Source of the DNA: Cetorhinus maximus
Lineage: Eukaryota
DNA length: 64,000 nucleotides
Assembly (NCBI RefSeq): GCF_964194155.1
Contig: NC_135886.1
Coordinates: forward strand, 78,306,001-78,370,000
Direction: 5' to 3'
Every line of letters starts with the position of its first letter. The first letter of the stretch is position 1. Both the position numbers and the translations under genes were made by a program. Below are positions 10,801-24,680 of the stretch, one piece after another. The notes below the pieces were generated by a model. The model had not been told where the DNA came from and did no database searches. It saw only the letters and a list, made by a program, of their open reading frames with translations.

Positions 10801-13059
10801 ACTGAGTGAGGGTTAATGAGCTCAATGATGATGTCCTCCCCGCCCCACACCCACCAAAGTAACCAAAGAATGGCCATTTGGACATGGTACCAGGAGGCTG
10901 CCTGTGTCAATGAACCACACCCCATCAGGAGTCAGTGTGTTTAAGAGAAGAAAAGGTGGCGCCCCTACACACGTGCATGCAATGAAACACTTAGTATGAC
11001 TGAATAGATTTTCTTGAATTAAGTGTACAAAAATGTAAAAAAAAGTTTCATTTTCTGATTTCTAGTACAAGCTATCCACAGTTTTAGTGACAGGTATGGT
11101 GCGCAAATTACCTATTGATTAAAAGCTGCAAATATCAGCAACAATACAAATTCACAGAGTACGAATAGCACCGTGGGAAAGGGTATTCACAGCAGGTGAG
11201 CATTCATCAAGGTATCAAAAGAGCCCAGCATTACTTCACCCACCAATAGGGGCAATGGCCATCAGGAAGCCGAAAACACCATGGCACATAGATACATCCA
11301 GTGTGCCACCAAGTGACATCTGTACTAAAGAAACAGTCTCCTCATCACTTTGTCATTTCAAAAAAAAACTTACTCCCCCACTCCCCCAGAACGCAACCAG
11401 TTTCAACATAGCCAGACAGGCACTATAAAGATGTAAAGAGAAAGATTTTCTTTCAATTGTGACAAGGAAAAAAATCACTTTCTAAAATAAATCAGGTTCT
11501 CTCTCCCACATGCACATTCATGGTGCCCTGCTGTACTACCAACATATCACTATGTTGTCGTGATACAGATGCACACTGTCCTGCTGTATCACCCCAAAAC
11601 CACCTCCCACCATGATACATGCTACATTGCTGTGCTCCACTTAGCTACCATGGTACTCTACACCCTGCTATACTCCCCTGCCTCCCCCACACACATAACC
11701 CTGAAATACTCGCCCTCCCCGATTCACAGAGTCCTGCTATAGTCCCCCTCCCTCACACATGCACACAGCACTCTGCTGTACTGATTTCCACACAGACACA
11801 GTACCCCTCCTGTACTCAAGAGGTCACATTTAGTGTCCAATCCCATGGATCATTTTCTCATTTGAGACTGAGCCAGCAGTTGCCAAGGTAACAAGAACAG
11901 GACGTGGAAGGAGAACTGAAAAATAGTGCAGTGTACGCTTTTCACAGGTGCTGCAGAAATAAAGGTGGCGTGGATCTAGAAAATAATCCTGAAATTTATC
12001 AGTAGAACAATTCAAATTGGCAATTAAATCTGCCCAGACGCACACATACACACGCCCACACTTTTCTGCCAAGAGAACTCAGTACAGCTTTCTCTATTAA
12101 CAGCAAACCACTGTACACATCAGACACTTCACCAACGCCCAACTCCCAGGTCAATACATTCAACCAACTGCAGAAGGGTCTTATGGGACAGTCGGCTTCC
12201 ACAAAAAGGAGCAGTATGTGCCTCACCCAGTTGGAAGATATAAAGCCACTAGGAAATATCTTAATTGTAAATTATACATGAGTATGAAGTTGCTTGTCAG
12301 GCAAAATGTGACATGGGTAAGGAACATGGATCTGAAGCTGAAGACACAACCTTGAACAGTGTCCTTCTAATATTCCCATATGACGGGCAAGAAAGCAAGC
12401 TTCTCATCTACACACAACAAACTTAATTCAATAGGTACATTAAATTTATAAGAAAATGTGTTTCTTAAAATTATTTATCAATTATCACACAGTATAGAAA
12501 ACATATTTATTTCAATTTGTTTTATTATAAAATAAAGTGAATTAATCATAGTCAGATTAAACTAGATTTATTGCCACAGGCTTGGTCAAAATTTATTATG
12601 CAAAATATTCATATATTTAAAATTTATGAGCTACTGAGTCCCTGTTACACTTATGAACCCGAGGCCAATCTTTAAAAGAAAGCATTTGTTCAAAGATCTT
12701 CCTTTTGCTCTGGAAGAAAATTATATTAAAAGTTTTATTTTGGCTTTTTTTTTTAAAAAGGCATTTATTTTGTTGGCAGTATGGAGACCTGCCTGTCATG
12801 TCTGCTCCCTCTTAGGCAGATCTAGTAACATTATTAAAGGGAGTGGCCTGAAACAGCTCCACTGTAAATAATAGGGAGGAAGTGCGGCTTCAGATCTGCT
12901 CTGGAGCCACCCAACTCCAGGAAACTACATTACAAGCTGCACATCCACATTTCCCAGCATAGATTGGTGTGGTCCAGCTTTACAAACTGGCCCTTTGGCA
13001 AATCTGAAAGTCCCACCCAAATCTGAAAGTCCCACCCAACCTTGTATGGGATACATGTA

Positions 13060-13620
13060 AATTCATAAAACCATACAGCACAGGAGGAGGCTGCCCATCA
13101 TAGCTGTACAGACTCTTTGAAACAACTATCCAATTAGTCCCATTCCCCTATTCTTTCTCCATCAACCTGTCTTTTCTCCCCTTAAAATATATGTTCAATT
13201 CCCTTTTTGAAAGTTACTGCTGAATCTGCTTCCACAATCCTTTCAGGGAGTACATTCCATGCCCTAACAAGTCACTGCATAAAAAAATTTTCATTTCCCC
13301 TGAGGTTCTTTTGCCAATCACCATAAATCTGTATCATCTGGATACCAACCATTCCGTAACTGTAAACATTTTCTCCTTATTTACTATGTCAGAACTGGTC
13401 ATTATTTTGAACGCCTCTACCAAATCTCCTCTTAACCTTCTCCACCCTAAGGAGAAGGACCCCAGCTTCTTCAGTGTCTCCACATAAGAAGTCCCTCATT
13501 TCTGGTACTTTCTAGTAAATCTCTTCTGCACCCTCTCTAAAGCTTCAACATTGTTTCTGAAGTGTGGAGGCAAGATTAGCCACAATACTGCACCTGAGAC
13601 CTAGCCAGTATTTTATGAAG
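13060..13620 (-). mobile_element. Degraded CR1 3' fragment
   Basis: Aligns by eye to the CR1 copies at 3385-4030 and 20240-21180 (aaatctcctcttaaccttctc...aaatctcttctgcaccctctc). Confidence 0.8.
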
Positions 13621-15084
13621 GAACAATTTTCGTTGTCAACCATATACAGAACAGGGTCTTATTCTACATGTTTAGATTGTGTTTAACACTATACAACTCA
13701 ACTTAAAAAATAAATTCGCTAAGGTTTCTACTGCTGATCACTATCCAGTAATCCCTACTGGAAAGTGCTATGATTGGACTAATGAGCTAAGCTGTTCATC
13801 GCTGAACAGCCTTCCCACATTCACCAGCTAGCCTCACTCAAGGAGCAGTTACTTGGAAGGGTGACAGGTACCCAAGTAGTCATAGTTCAGCACAAACCAA
13901 CAATTTCAAGGAGAAATTCTGAGGGAATTCTCCAAAGGAAGTGTTTTCCAACCTTAATTCATCTACCGAAAGTGTTCCAGCTTTCAAATAAACATCTTAT
14001 GGTGAATAAAGCAAAGCACCCATGCTTGTGGCCTCAAACAGTGGTGTAGTTTTCAAGTTACTACTTACGTTTCTTCCACCCCTATCCCAGGATTCTACTT
14101 TACAATGTTGGTGGCTTCACCATCACATGAACAGCTTAATATGGATTCATTTTCCAGGCGTTTCAACCAATAGAAAATAGACAGACCCCAATTAAGTCTA
14201 TCCCCGCACAAAGTGATTTTCCAGCAATGCCTAGTTCCGTAAATGGTTCGAATCAGCTACATTGTTGCCAGGACCAAGCAAGTTTACAGGAGTTTACATT
14301 TACCCGCCTTACAGAAGACAGTCTGAAGTTTAATACCAACTGCCTAAATTGAAGATCGCTATTAAATCTGCTGTGCCCCATTGAAAGAGTTGGTCATGAA
14401 AGGAGGTAGAAGAGATTGGATCATTAACAACTTGTGAAACAAGAGCCTGCACAAATCATCTTTTCACATTAACCCCTGCATCACGGCACTATTAAGGTCA
14501 TCATCACTGCAGCAGGCAGCAGTGAATGTGTGAAAGCTCTTCCGCTTCTCCCCTCCCTACCCGCCCCGGCACAGACAATAAATGGATATGTTCACAGCAT
14601 CTGCTCTAATGCTGGATGAACAAGGCAGTCAAGAGAACTAGGCAATTACTGGTGAACAATGTCAAAGTCACCTACTGTATGTTAAGCGGCCAAGGATACT
14701 CCTTTTCACCTATCCTTTGAAAAGGATACCTCTTCAAAGGTAGCCCAGGTTCCTAGAATTCCAGGAATTTTTACCTGTCGACACGCTGGAAACTGGAATC
14801 CTGAATCCCATGGGAAAGCTGGAAGTCGAAAGCATGTGACTTTTGGCCCTGTCCAAAGTCAGCCTGATTGACAGGCTTGGTTCCAGTTGGCCAGAGCAGG
14901 CCACAGGGCCAGGCCGGTTCAATCCTGAAGCTGCAGGTCTGTCCCATCCCTCATCTCCCTTGGCAGGAAGAGGGCCTAATGGTGGGGGAGCTCTGGGGTG
15001 GAAATGGGTCTGGCTGGATGGGAGCACAGCTGCTCCTTCTTGCCTACAGGGAGATGTTGGTTTTCCCAAGGTCCAGAAAATCCA

Positions 15085-15308
15085 GCTTTTTTTCAAATTC
15101 ATTCACGGGTTGTGGGCTTTGCTGGCTAAGCCAGTATTTATTGCCCATCCCTAGCTGCCCTTGAGAGGGTGGTGGTGAGCTGCCTTCTTGAACCGCTGCA
15201 GTCCATGTGGCATAGGTACACCCACAGTGCTGTTAGGGAGTTCCACCAGATTCCACTGGGATTTTGACCCAGCGACAGTGAAGGAATGGCAATATACTTC
15301 CAAGTCAG
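15085..15308 (-). mobile_element. 3' end of second (CR1/L2-group) LINE family
   Basis: ttattgcccatccctagctgcccttgagagggtggtggtgagctgccttcttgaaccgctgcagtccatgtgg is near-identical to 4080-4240, 29520-29690 and 44165-44300. Confidence 0.8.
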
Positions 15309-15689
15309 TTAAACCTGTGCAGCAGGGAAAATCTGAGACTTACAGCTTCAGTAACATATTTAACCTGCCAACCCACTTCCTGGAGGGTTTTTTGCTGCCC
15401 TTCTCCCACTTCAGTAAAACTTGAAAGTTGGCATGTTGGAACAGTTTCCTGACACGCTTGGAATTTTTACCCATTTTATCCACCCATCCTCACCCAATGC
15501 CAGCTGCTAAAACTCCCCCCAAAGTCTCCCTTTCATTCCATTCTATTGGAATTGGAAATATTTCCGGGGCAATGAGATCTTTATTTTGCACTTGGCAACA
15601 GTCTGAGTCCTTGGTGTGGACTCGGAGATAAGAAGTTATATCAATCATTAGATCAATCTACTACCAGTGAGCAAAATATGCTCCTGGTA

Positions 15690-16030
15690 GTTACCTTCCT
15701 GTAGTCTCCACCAGCCCTACAGCTCTGAGACTCTGTACTCCAATTATGGCTTCTTGTGCATCCTTGATTTCCAATGCTCCACTATTGGCAGTCATGCCTT
15801 CAGTGGCCTATGCCCCAGGCTCTGGAATTTCCTCCCTAAAGCTCTTTGCTTCCTTCTCTTCCTCTAAGGTGCTCTTCAAAACAGAGCTCTTTCAGCAAGC
15901 TTTTGGTCACTTGTCCTAATACCTCATTATGTGGCTCTGTGTCAAATTTAGTTTGATAATGCTTATGTGTAGCTCGTCAGGATGTTTTACTGTATCAAAG
16001 TTGTGATATAAATCCACATAGCTGTTGTTA
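15690..16030 (+). mobile_element. L2-like LINE 3' fragment
   Basis: gccttcagtggcctatgccccaggctctggaatttcctccctaaa...ctcttcaaaacagagctcttt is a typical L2 C-terminal/3' region. Other L2-like pieces at ~17760-18060 (-) and ~56050-56750 (+). Confidence 0.6.
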
Positions 16031-18297
16031 TTGACTTGGAGAAGACTGTTCCCACTACCCTCTTAACTACACAAACTCTGTAGTTCATGAGGGACCAGTA
16101 AAGGCAGAAAAGAGTGGGAGAAAGGTGAGAGGAAAGGAAAGGAGAGCACAACATACCTACAAATAGGTGGTTGCAATATCAACAAGAACAAAACCAGCTT
16201 ATTTAGGTTCTGGGTCATGAACAGTAGAGTTTACTGCAGACTGCTTGACCACATGCCAGATTAAGGAAGCAGTTAGCAATCTGAATATTTGTCCATAGGA
16301 ATGATACATCTGCTGAATGGATCCAAAACAACTATCAGTTATCTGACATATTAAAAAGCAATGCAGCTTTAAAGTATGTCAGGATTTGAGTACTCTATCC
16401 TACTTGTTTCAAGCCTGAGGACTTCAATGTTCTGGCTGCCATTTTGGTCAGCTGGGAAATCAAAAATGCGACTGACAAGTTGAGGGTTATACAAAGTGAG
16501 ATCAGGCAGACAAGGAAACCAGAGCAGGGCCAACAGAAGTAGAAATGGATCAGAGCAGGAATTTCAAGGCCAACACCAGAACAAAAACAACAAAAGCTCC
16601 AGCTTTTAATCTACAGCTGGATTTGAAACCATCAGAAGTAAATTACATCAGTAACTGCCCAGCTGTTACTGCAGCAAAACTATTTTACAAAAGTGCTTTT
16701 TTGGCACAAGAAATAAAGCGTTCTGCCTTTTTGCACGTCAAGCGGCATATTAAAACTGCGCCAGTTGTGTGGCTCCCCACCCCATATAGCTGCATTGGGT
16801 TCCTGATTGCTTTACCATCTCGACATGGATGACTACAAAAGTTGACAGGTTTGGTTGGTTAAGGATGTGCTCCAATAATTTTTTTCAAATGCAAAGTGAC
16901 CTGGAGGTGTGGTGAACCATTAAACAAAAAGGCTTTTCAAGCCAGAATTCCTTAAAGAAAAAGGCATTTTGCAATAAGCTGCACTTAAATGGTATAAGCT
17001 CCTTTAAATAGTGCTGCAATTAACAACAAGAACAATTTGAATTTACATAACATACAGAAAGAGAGGCATGTGGAAAATCAGAAGCAAAGTCAAAGGAGGG
17101 AAGATTGGCCAGGATGACAAAAGGTTTGATCAAAGCTGTAGGACAGGATTTTCCCTGCAGGCTTCTGAACCCCACCCTCAGGCTGAAGCCTGCACTGTGT
17201 GGGGAACAGTCACACATTCTGATTTTCCCCAGAGCAGCCAATTAATGGCCAGAAACCGGGCTTACTGTCCAATTAAGGATGATGGGCGGGCTTTCGAAGC
17301 TGTAGTGCTAATCAGCTTGAAAGGAGCAGAGGCTGCAAAGAGAAGGGAGAGGGTGCTTCAAAATGGAGGTGTCCTCTCTCCAACTTTTAAAAAAATTTTA
17401 AATAAAAATTGGCTTCAGCATCAGGCCATCGGGGGATGGGGGGCATAGGAAGCCCCTCTAATGAGCAGCCTGAGGCTGCTGCAGCACACAGGTAGGCACG
17501 AAGAGCCTCTAGGCCAGCCTGGAGCACTGCAGCCTGTCTACCCCCAGGGCAGCTGCCAGGGGGCCGCCTGCAGGGAGTTACACTGGCCCCTGCAGCTTCC
17601 TTTAATTGATCTGAATAGGCCTTTAATAACCTTGATCGGTTAACCTGCCAGCTGTATGTGCAGGTTACCCTGACACGTCCCTATCCTGCTTCTGCAAAAA
17701 TGGCCCAGAGGCAGGAATCAACCGAGGAACTAGCAAGCAGACCCTAACCCCACCCCCGTGAGTGAATTTTAGATTACGGGCCTAAGTAACTGAAAGCATG
17801 GCCACTAATAACAGGAGAAAAAGAGGCAAAACACAAGAGACCAGAGTCAGAGGAATCGAGAGCTTGGATGGAGGTGCTTGTAGGTTTGGAGGAGATTACA
17901 GAGGTATTGATGAGCAAGGCCATGGAGAGATTGAAACAGGAGGGAGGATGAGAATTTAAATTTGGCTCCTGATTGCCAGTGTCTCAATGAAGGTCAGTGA
18001 GGAGATGATGATGGCTAAGCAAAACTGGATCCAGGATAGGATGCAGATATGAGCTGAAATTTTAACTATTATTTTCATCCAGACACTGGTATTGCAATGG
18101 TTTCACGGAATTCATTGAGAAGATATGTACAGGTAATTAAGCCTTCCACTGAGGAAGAACGAATGTACTGTATTGATCCACTCATATATTGCACAAATGC
18201 TTCAAAGTGAAATAGAGCTTTTTGCAATGCTGATGAATTTACTTCAGGCTTGCTTAGTGCTGCGGTTGAGGCACAACCACCAGAATTGATTATCATT

Positions 18298-18411
18298 GGT
18301 TCTGAAACGTCAACTCTTGTTTCTCTTTTCACAGATGCTGCCTGACCTGCTGAGCATTTCCAGCATTTTCTGTTTGTATTTCAGATTTCCAGCATCTGTA
18401 GTATTTAGCTT
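18298..18411 (+). mobile_element. PLE terminal-repeat fragment with 12-bp target-site duplication
   Basis: ctgaaacgtcaactcttgtttctcttttcacagatgctgcctgacctgctgagc... flanked by TTGATTATCATT (18286-18297) and TTGATCATCATT (18412-18423). Confidence 0.75.
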
Positions 18412-19618
18412 TTGATCATCATTTGCACTATTTTCTCCCAAGCCTCTTTCAATGCCAGTTTTAATCCAGTTTTGTTCGATCTTACAAAAAATGGCTATGG
18501 ATCACTTTTCTTTGCTCTTCATATCGGCAAGGAACTGACTTTTCCACTGTTTGGAGCTTCATGCATGAACATGTGACTCATCAAGTTCTGGTACATGCTA
18601 TTGGAGAAGTAGTTCAACGCTCCTCTGAATGAAAACAGCAACTGTGTGAAGTACTTCCTCTTGTTTTGTCTTCACCTTAAAAGTCTGATGTCTTCTTATG
18701 AAGATTCACCATTTAAAGATTTTCTCTGTTGCTAATCTGTAACCACTATTTCAGGAAAAGCCACAAAACCTTCAAGGAGGATCACTGAAGAGCATGTCAG
18801 TCCAGACGTGCAAAGTTAGACATGCATCTTGGGTCTGCAGGTTTTAAGCAGCTGCGATTTCCTCCTCCCCACCAACAATATCAGAAATGCCTGTTATCTA
18901 TTAACCAATCGCAAGTGCCTTCTTAAAAATAACTGCAGCTCCCAAAATACCAACGTGCCTTCAGCCATTCCACACAATTATATTAAGCACACAAAAGATG
19001 AGGCCTAGCAAAGTACAGAAAGGAACATGCAACTTCTGTTTATACTTTGCTTTGTAAGTGATGGCAGAATCAAACTTTAACCTCAGCACCCACAAATCCA
19101 GTTAGGAAGAAAATGCTTCTTTATGGATGAGTACTTAAATAATGAGGAAATCATTAGTTTACCAGTCAAAAAAATTAAGTTACAAGTTAAAGATAATTGA
19201 AGGTGAAGGAATAGAGGAAAAACACTTTCCCCACTCAAGGAACCCTCTTCAACTACATGAAACATTAACTTTGTTCCTCTCTACACGGAAAGATGCCTGT
19301 CCACTGTCTTTATTATCCTTTTTAGCGAGGCATGCCATTTTAATGTGGGTTAAATTCTGTTGTGATGTAACATCTAAATTTGGCACTAGGTGCAATCTCC
19401 AAATTCACTCTTGTCCAAATCCCATACTGTTCAAAGTGTGGCAGCAAAATGATCTGATGGACTTAGGGTGCAGTTTATTCTGAGCTGCCCTTTTAATGGA
19501 TTTGAGTTGCTTTGATCACTGTCCTTGTCAATAGCAACTGTAAGACGAGGCTAAACCCTTTAATACAGCAGATGAGCTAAATGGGTCACACCCATTCTCA
19601 GTCCTCAGCCTTCATAAA

Positions 19619-21640
19619 GGGCTGGATTTTCATCCTAGAGGCAGACAGTGGGAGTTGGGAAATTTCCCAGCTCAGCCAGCCCACCTCAGGAGAAAGTGCA
19701 TACAAAGATGAGATTTTCGTTCTGGGGTGGAGGGCGTGGCAGAAGCTAACTGGAGTCAGGCCTGCCACCCTGGGAAACAGTTTGGAGGCAGCCACAGACC
19801 ATCTAGCCCTAAACCTTCACACACCCTCACCACCTACACACACTCATGCCCCATCCAGCCAAAAACATGTAATGAGGCTTGACTGAGAGCGCAGGCATCC
19901 ATTAGTCTGTTGAAACAGCTGGGCCCAAGGACTATTTCTCTTTTACTTACTTTGTTAATTGCACAATGTTTATTTACACAGGTTAAAGAGGTGTCAAGTG
20001 CTTGTAGTTTCTACTATTGATACTTTAAAGGTCTGTTGATTGACACTTTTATAGGGCTGCAGTAAAAATAGTTTTATTTTAAAAAGTGATGAATGACTGT
20101 TCTTTTAAAGCTTCCCCATACATCCTTTGTCACTATAGGGTTCATTGGTTCTGTATAGAGTGTATACTGGATGAATGGGCATAGAAATATCATAGGTTGG
20201 CATGCAAGGTATGAGGGGCCATTGGGGGTGCGCAGAGGGACATAGATCACAAAATAGTTTCGATGCAGAAGGAAACCATTTGGCCCATCGTGTCTACACC
20301 AGCTTTCCGGATGAGAAACTCACCTACGGCCATTCTCCTGCCTTCTGCCCATAACCCTGCATATTCTTCCTTTTCAGATAACAGTCTAATTCCCTTTTCC
20401 ACACTCTCAGGTAGGGCATTTCAGGCCCTAATCACTTGCGTGAAAAAGCACATTTGCTTCTTATACTAATTATTTTAAATCAGTGTCCTCTAATTCTCAA
20501 TCCTTTCCTGAGTGTGAACAGTTTCTCCCTATCTACTCCATCCAGACCCCTCATGATTTTAAATACCTCTATCAAACCTCCTCTCTAAAGTATACAGTCC
20601 TAACTTCTTCAATCCATCTTCATAGCTGAAGTTCCTCATCCCTGAAACCATTCTCATGAATCTTTTCTGCACCCTCTCTAATGGCTTCACATCCTTTCTG
20701 AAGTGCATCACTCAGAATTGGACACAATACTCCAGCTGAGGCCAACACTAGTGACTTATACAAGTTCAACATAACCTCCTTGCTGTCGTATTCTATGCCC
20801 CTATTAATAAAGCCCAGGATATTGTTTGCTTTAACCACTTTCTCAATCTGTCTTGCCACTTTCAATAACTTATGCACATAGACACCTAGGTCCCTCTGCT
20901 CCTGCACCCTCTTTAGAGATGTACCTCCTATTTTATACTGCCTCTACATGTTCCTTCTACCAAAATGAATCACTTCACATTTCTCTGCATTGAGCTCCAT
21001 CTGTCACCAATCCACCCATTCCATCAACTGGTCTATGTCCTTTTCAAGTTCTACACTATCGTCCTCACAGTTCACAATGATTCCAAGTTTTGTATTATCC
21101 ACAAAATTTGAAACTGCGCCCTGTACACCAAGGTCTAGGTCATTGAAATATGTCAGGCACCAAGATATAGGTCATTAGTATATATTAATTAATATATATT
21201 AGTTACATTAATATAGTAATATATATTAATTATATTAATATATAGTGGCATGAAGGATATGAGGGGCCATTGGGGATGTGTGGAGGGGCACTGGTTGGCA
21301 TGGGTAAGACCTTTTGAACATATCTAGAGGGGCATTGGTTGGCATGGGTAAGACCTTTTGAATGTATCTAGAATACGGTATACGACACCTCTGTAGGGTT
21401 GTGAACCAGGAGACCTTGAAAAGCTGGCCCAAATGCACAAAAATTACGGAGGGTTGTGAGATGCCTATCCCTGTAATGCAGCCGGCAGAGTTCACAACCC
21501 ACACCAACCTGCACCCTTAACCTGCACTGGTGAAAATTGGGGAGGGGGGTGGTGTCAGGAATGGGAATCCATTCCCACCCACCATTTTTAAATGTGCACA
21601 GAGTCTCCCTGACTCCAGAAACTCAGTGACATTCCTTCCA
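19619..21640. mobile_element. Harbinger-type MITE family member(s), interrupted by CR1
   Basis: Starts GGGCTGGATTTTCAT, the reverse complement of the 36150-36244 terminus. The internal 'ggcatg...tatgaggggccattgggg' repeats are shared with 25165-26432 and 35110-36244. Confidence 0.65.
20240..21180 (-). mobile_element. CR1 LINE 3' fragment
   Basis: ORF 20620-20907 QEQRDLGVYVHKLLKVARQIEKVVKANNILGFINRGIEYDSKEVMLNLYKSLV. Confidence 0.9.
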
Positions 21641-23399
21641 GTTGTCAGCAATACAGCTGTGCAAACACTTGATCACTGCTAGAGTAAAAAATTAACATGC
21701 ACTTGCTATACTGCAGAAAGTAAATTCATTGCAACCAACACACTTCCAACATTTCATTGCCAGCAAAATGCTATATTTATGAAAACAGAAGGCTATCCAA
21801 AACAAGAATACAATAATTTTGGAAGACGTGGTGAAATGAAGAGAAATATAATAGGAATAGGGGACATTCACCACAGTTAACACAAATCCTTCAATAATTA
21901 GAATATCACATTGAATGCCTTCAATGCTTGGGTAATTTGGTTATCTTGGCTCGCATGAAGACAGACCACTTGGGGCAAGTTACTGGAGAGGTGTTGTCAA
22001 TTATACCCCAGCCCTCTAAAGAGGGGAAAAAATAGAAGTATGTAAATAAGTCAAAGAGAAAAGTGGAAATTCTTCACTTTGCTTAGGTGGTTAGGTTGGG
22101 ATAAGAAGTGAATAACAAAAGAAATGTTAACATTTCACCCTAGATGTACTGCTACACTGTTTCTGTCGCAATAAATGGAGGAAGATGTTTAACTTGCCAC
22201 TCCAGACATAAGACTGGCATTATGACTCTGTCACTCGTTACAGAAATCATTTGATTTTCATTTCCATTTATAAATGAAAGTCAGGTGATTTCAATAACGG
22301 ACAGACATCGGCAATGCCAAGTTTACAGCTGAGTAACAAGTTGAAAATCTGCCTTTGTCTGCAAAACAAAAGTTAATAAGGTTACTTCCAGTTCTAAGTA
22401 TACAGGAGAGTGATCTTACAGCAGTAATGTGCTATCAGGATTCAGATAGTGTTATAAAACACTTGGGTCTATGAATCCATCTGGATTCCCTCAACAAGCT
22501 GCTCATCTCAATGATAAACTTGGAATTTAAAGTCAAATTCTCCTCTCCTCTCCACCCCAACCCCCGCTTCACTACCCCCACACCCAGTTCCAGCAATTAA
22601 CAGCAGAGGACTTCTGGTGCTCCCTGCATCAGATTACACACCTCCATATTCTCACCTCTCCAAAAGTCAATAGGGGTAATTTTAACCTCTCCATGAAGGG
22701 CAAGTAATGGATAGGGATTTAATTGGGAAAAATCAAAGGAAAACCATCACCAGCGCATCTTACTTCCACAATAGGTTTGCTGTCAGCCAAGTAACCTCAA
22801 GCAAATCTGTGATGATTTCTCCCCCACAACCATCCCTGTAATCTCTTTGGCCCTTCCACCTGATCTTTATTCCTTTCCACCCCATGATCTGATCCCTTCT
22901 CCCCACACCGTCCTCACCACCCAGCAGGCCCTCAATCTTCTAAATTACAAGGGACTGTCCCCAACTGCTGTCTTTTACTGCTGGCTTTTTCATCCAGCAG
23001 CTGCCCAGCATCTCAATCTAGCCGGCTGCTGGGCAGAAAACGGAGCTTAAAAAATACTAATGAGTCCGCCTTTCGGTATTTTCCTCTTTCCCAGTACCTG
23101 ACAATTGACCCGACTCCTTCCCTGGAAATATGGGATATAATGATTCAATACTGAAAAAGGTATGGTTTTATGTTTGCCAGCAACTCTCCCACCATATCAT
23201 TCTTCACTTATGAACTAGAATGCTAAGTGTGCTCGAGGGGCGCCATGGCCAAATCTCCATCCTATACACAGCATACACAAAAATGCATGTTCCAGCTCAG
23301 GTCACTGGATAGAATCAGGAACAAGAATGTTATCCGATTACTCTTTCAGCTGTTATTAGTAGATTCAGCACAGAACTAAATTGGAGATCTTCCTGGCTT

Positions 23400-24680
23400 G
23401 TGCACTATTCACAGGAGTGTCTTCCATCAACTAACTTGCTGGAGTTCTTTGAGGAGGGAACAGAGCAAGTTGATAAAGGAAACACTGTGATGTGGTGTAT
23501 ATGCATTTTCAAAAGACATTTGATACAGTGCCACACAACAGATTTGGGAGCAAAATACTAGGTCATGGAATAAAAGGGAAAGTAAGCACTTGGATAAGAA
23601 ATTGGCTGAATGACAGGAAACAGGCACTAGTGATAAACGATTGTTTTTCAGAATGGAGGGAGATTTGTAGTGGAGTTCCCCAGGGGTCAATGTTGGGACC
23701 CTTGCTCTTCCTGATATATATTAATAACCTAGACTGTGGTGTGCAGGGCATGATTTCAGAATTTGCAAATGATATGAAGTTTAGAAATGTTGTCAACTGT
23801 GATGGGGATAGTCTTGAACTTCAAAAGGACATAGATATGTTGGTGGATTGGGCAGATAAGTGGCAGATGAAGTTCAATGAAGAGAAGTGTGAGGTGATTC
23901 GTTTTGACAGGAAGAATATGGAGAGAACGGTATAAAATAAAGGAAGAGCCTCTAAAGGAGGTGCAGGAACAGAGGGACCTCAGTGTATACGTAAAAAGGT
24001 CATTGAAGATGGCAGGGCATGTTGAGAGAGCAGTTAATAAAGCATATAGTATCTTAGGTTTTATTAATAGGGACACTGAGTACGAGAGTAAGGAGGTCAT
24101 GCCGAACTTGTGTAAGACATTACTTAGGCCTCAGCTGGAATACTGCACCCAGTTCTGAGTGCCATACTTGAGGAAGGATGTAAAGGCATTGGAAAGAGTA
24201 CAGAGGAGATTCACAAGAATGATTCCAGGGATGAAGAACTGTAGCTATGAGGATAGTTTGGAGAGGTTGAGACTTTTCCTAGGAGAAAAGAAGGCTGAGA
24301 GGAGACTTGTTAGAGGTAATTAAGATCCTGAGGGATATGGACAGGGTAAATAGCGAGAAACTGTTCCCATTCAAAAGAAAACCAAGAACTAGAGGGCACA
24401 GGTTCAAAATAATTGAGAAAAGGAGTAAACGTGATGCGAGGAAAATCTTTTCACCTAAAGGGTGGTTGGAGTCAGGAACAAACGTCCTGAAAGGATGGTG
24501 GAGGCAGGTTCTATCGAGGAATTCAAAGGGATTGGACTGCTACCTGAAAAGAGAGAATGTGCAAGGTTATGCGGATAAGGCAGGAGAGTGGGACTAGGCG
24601 GAATGCTCTTTCAGAGAGCCAATGCAGACTTGATGGGCCGAATGGTCTCCTTCTGCATTGTAAAGATACTATGATTCTGT
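23400..24680 (+). mobile_element. CR1 LINE, RT and C-terminal region with 3' tail
   Basis: FQKTFDTVPH, SGVPQGSMLGPLLFLIYINNLD, FAND and QRDL motifs. 3' tail gggccgaatgg...atgattctgtgat. Confidence 0.92.

Noticed and set aside
12690-12770. Weak similarity to 62660-62735 (aaagatctt.ctttt...tttttttaaaaagg)
   Set aside because: Short and AT-rich; consistent with chance.
14060-14185. Possible upstream klf8 exon (strong minus-strand GTAAGT donor at ~14063-14068)
   Set aside because: Stops occur shortly upstream in all frames, and there is no clear acceptor or KLF-like peptide.
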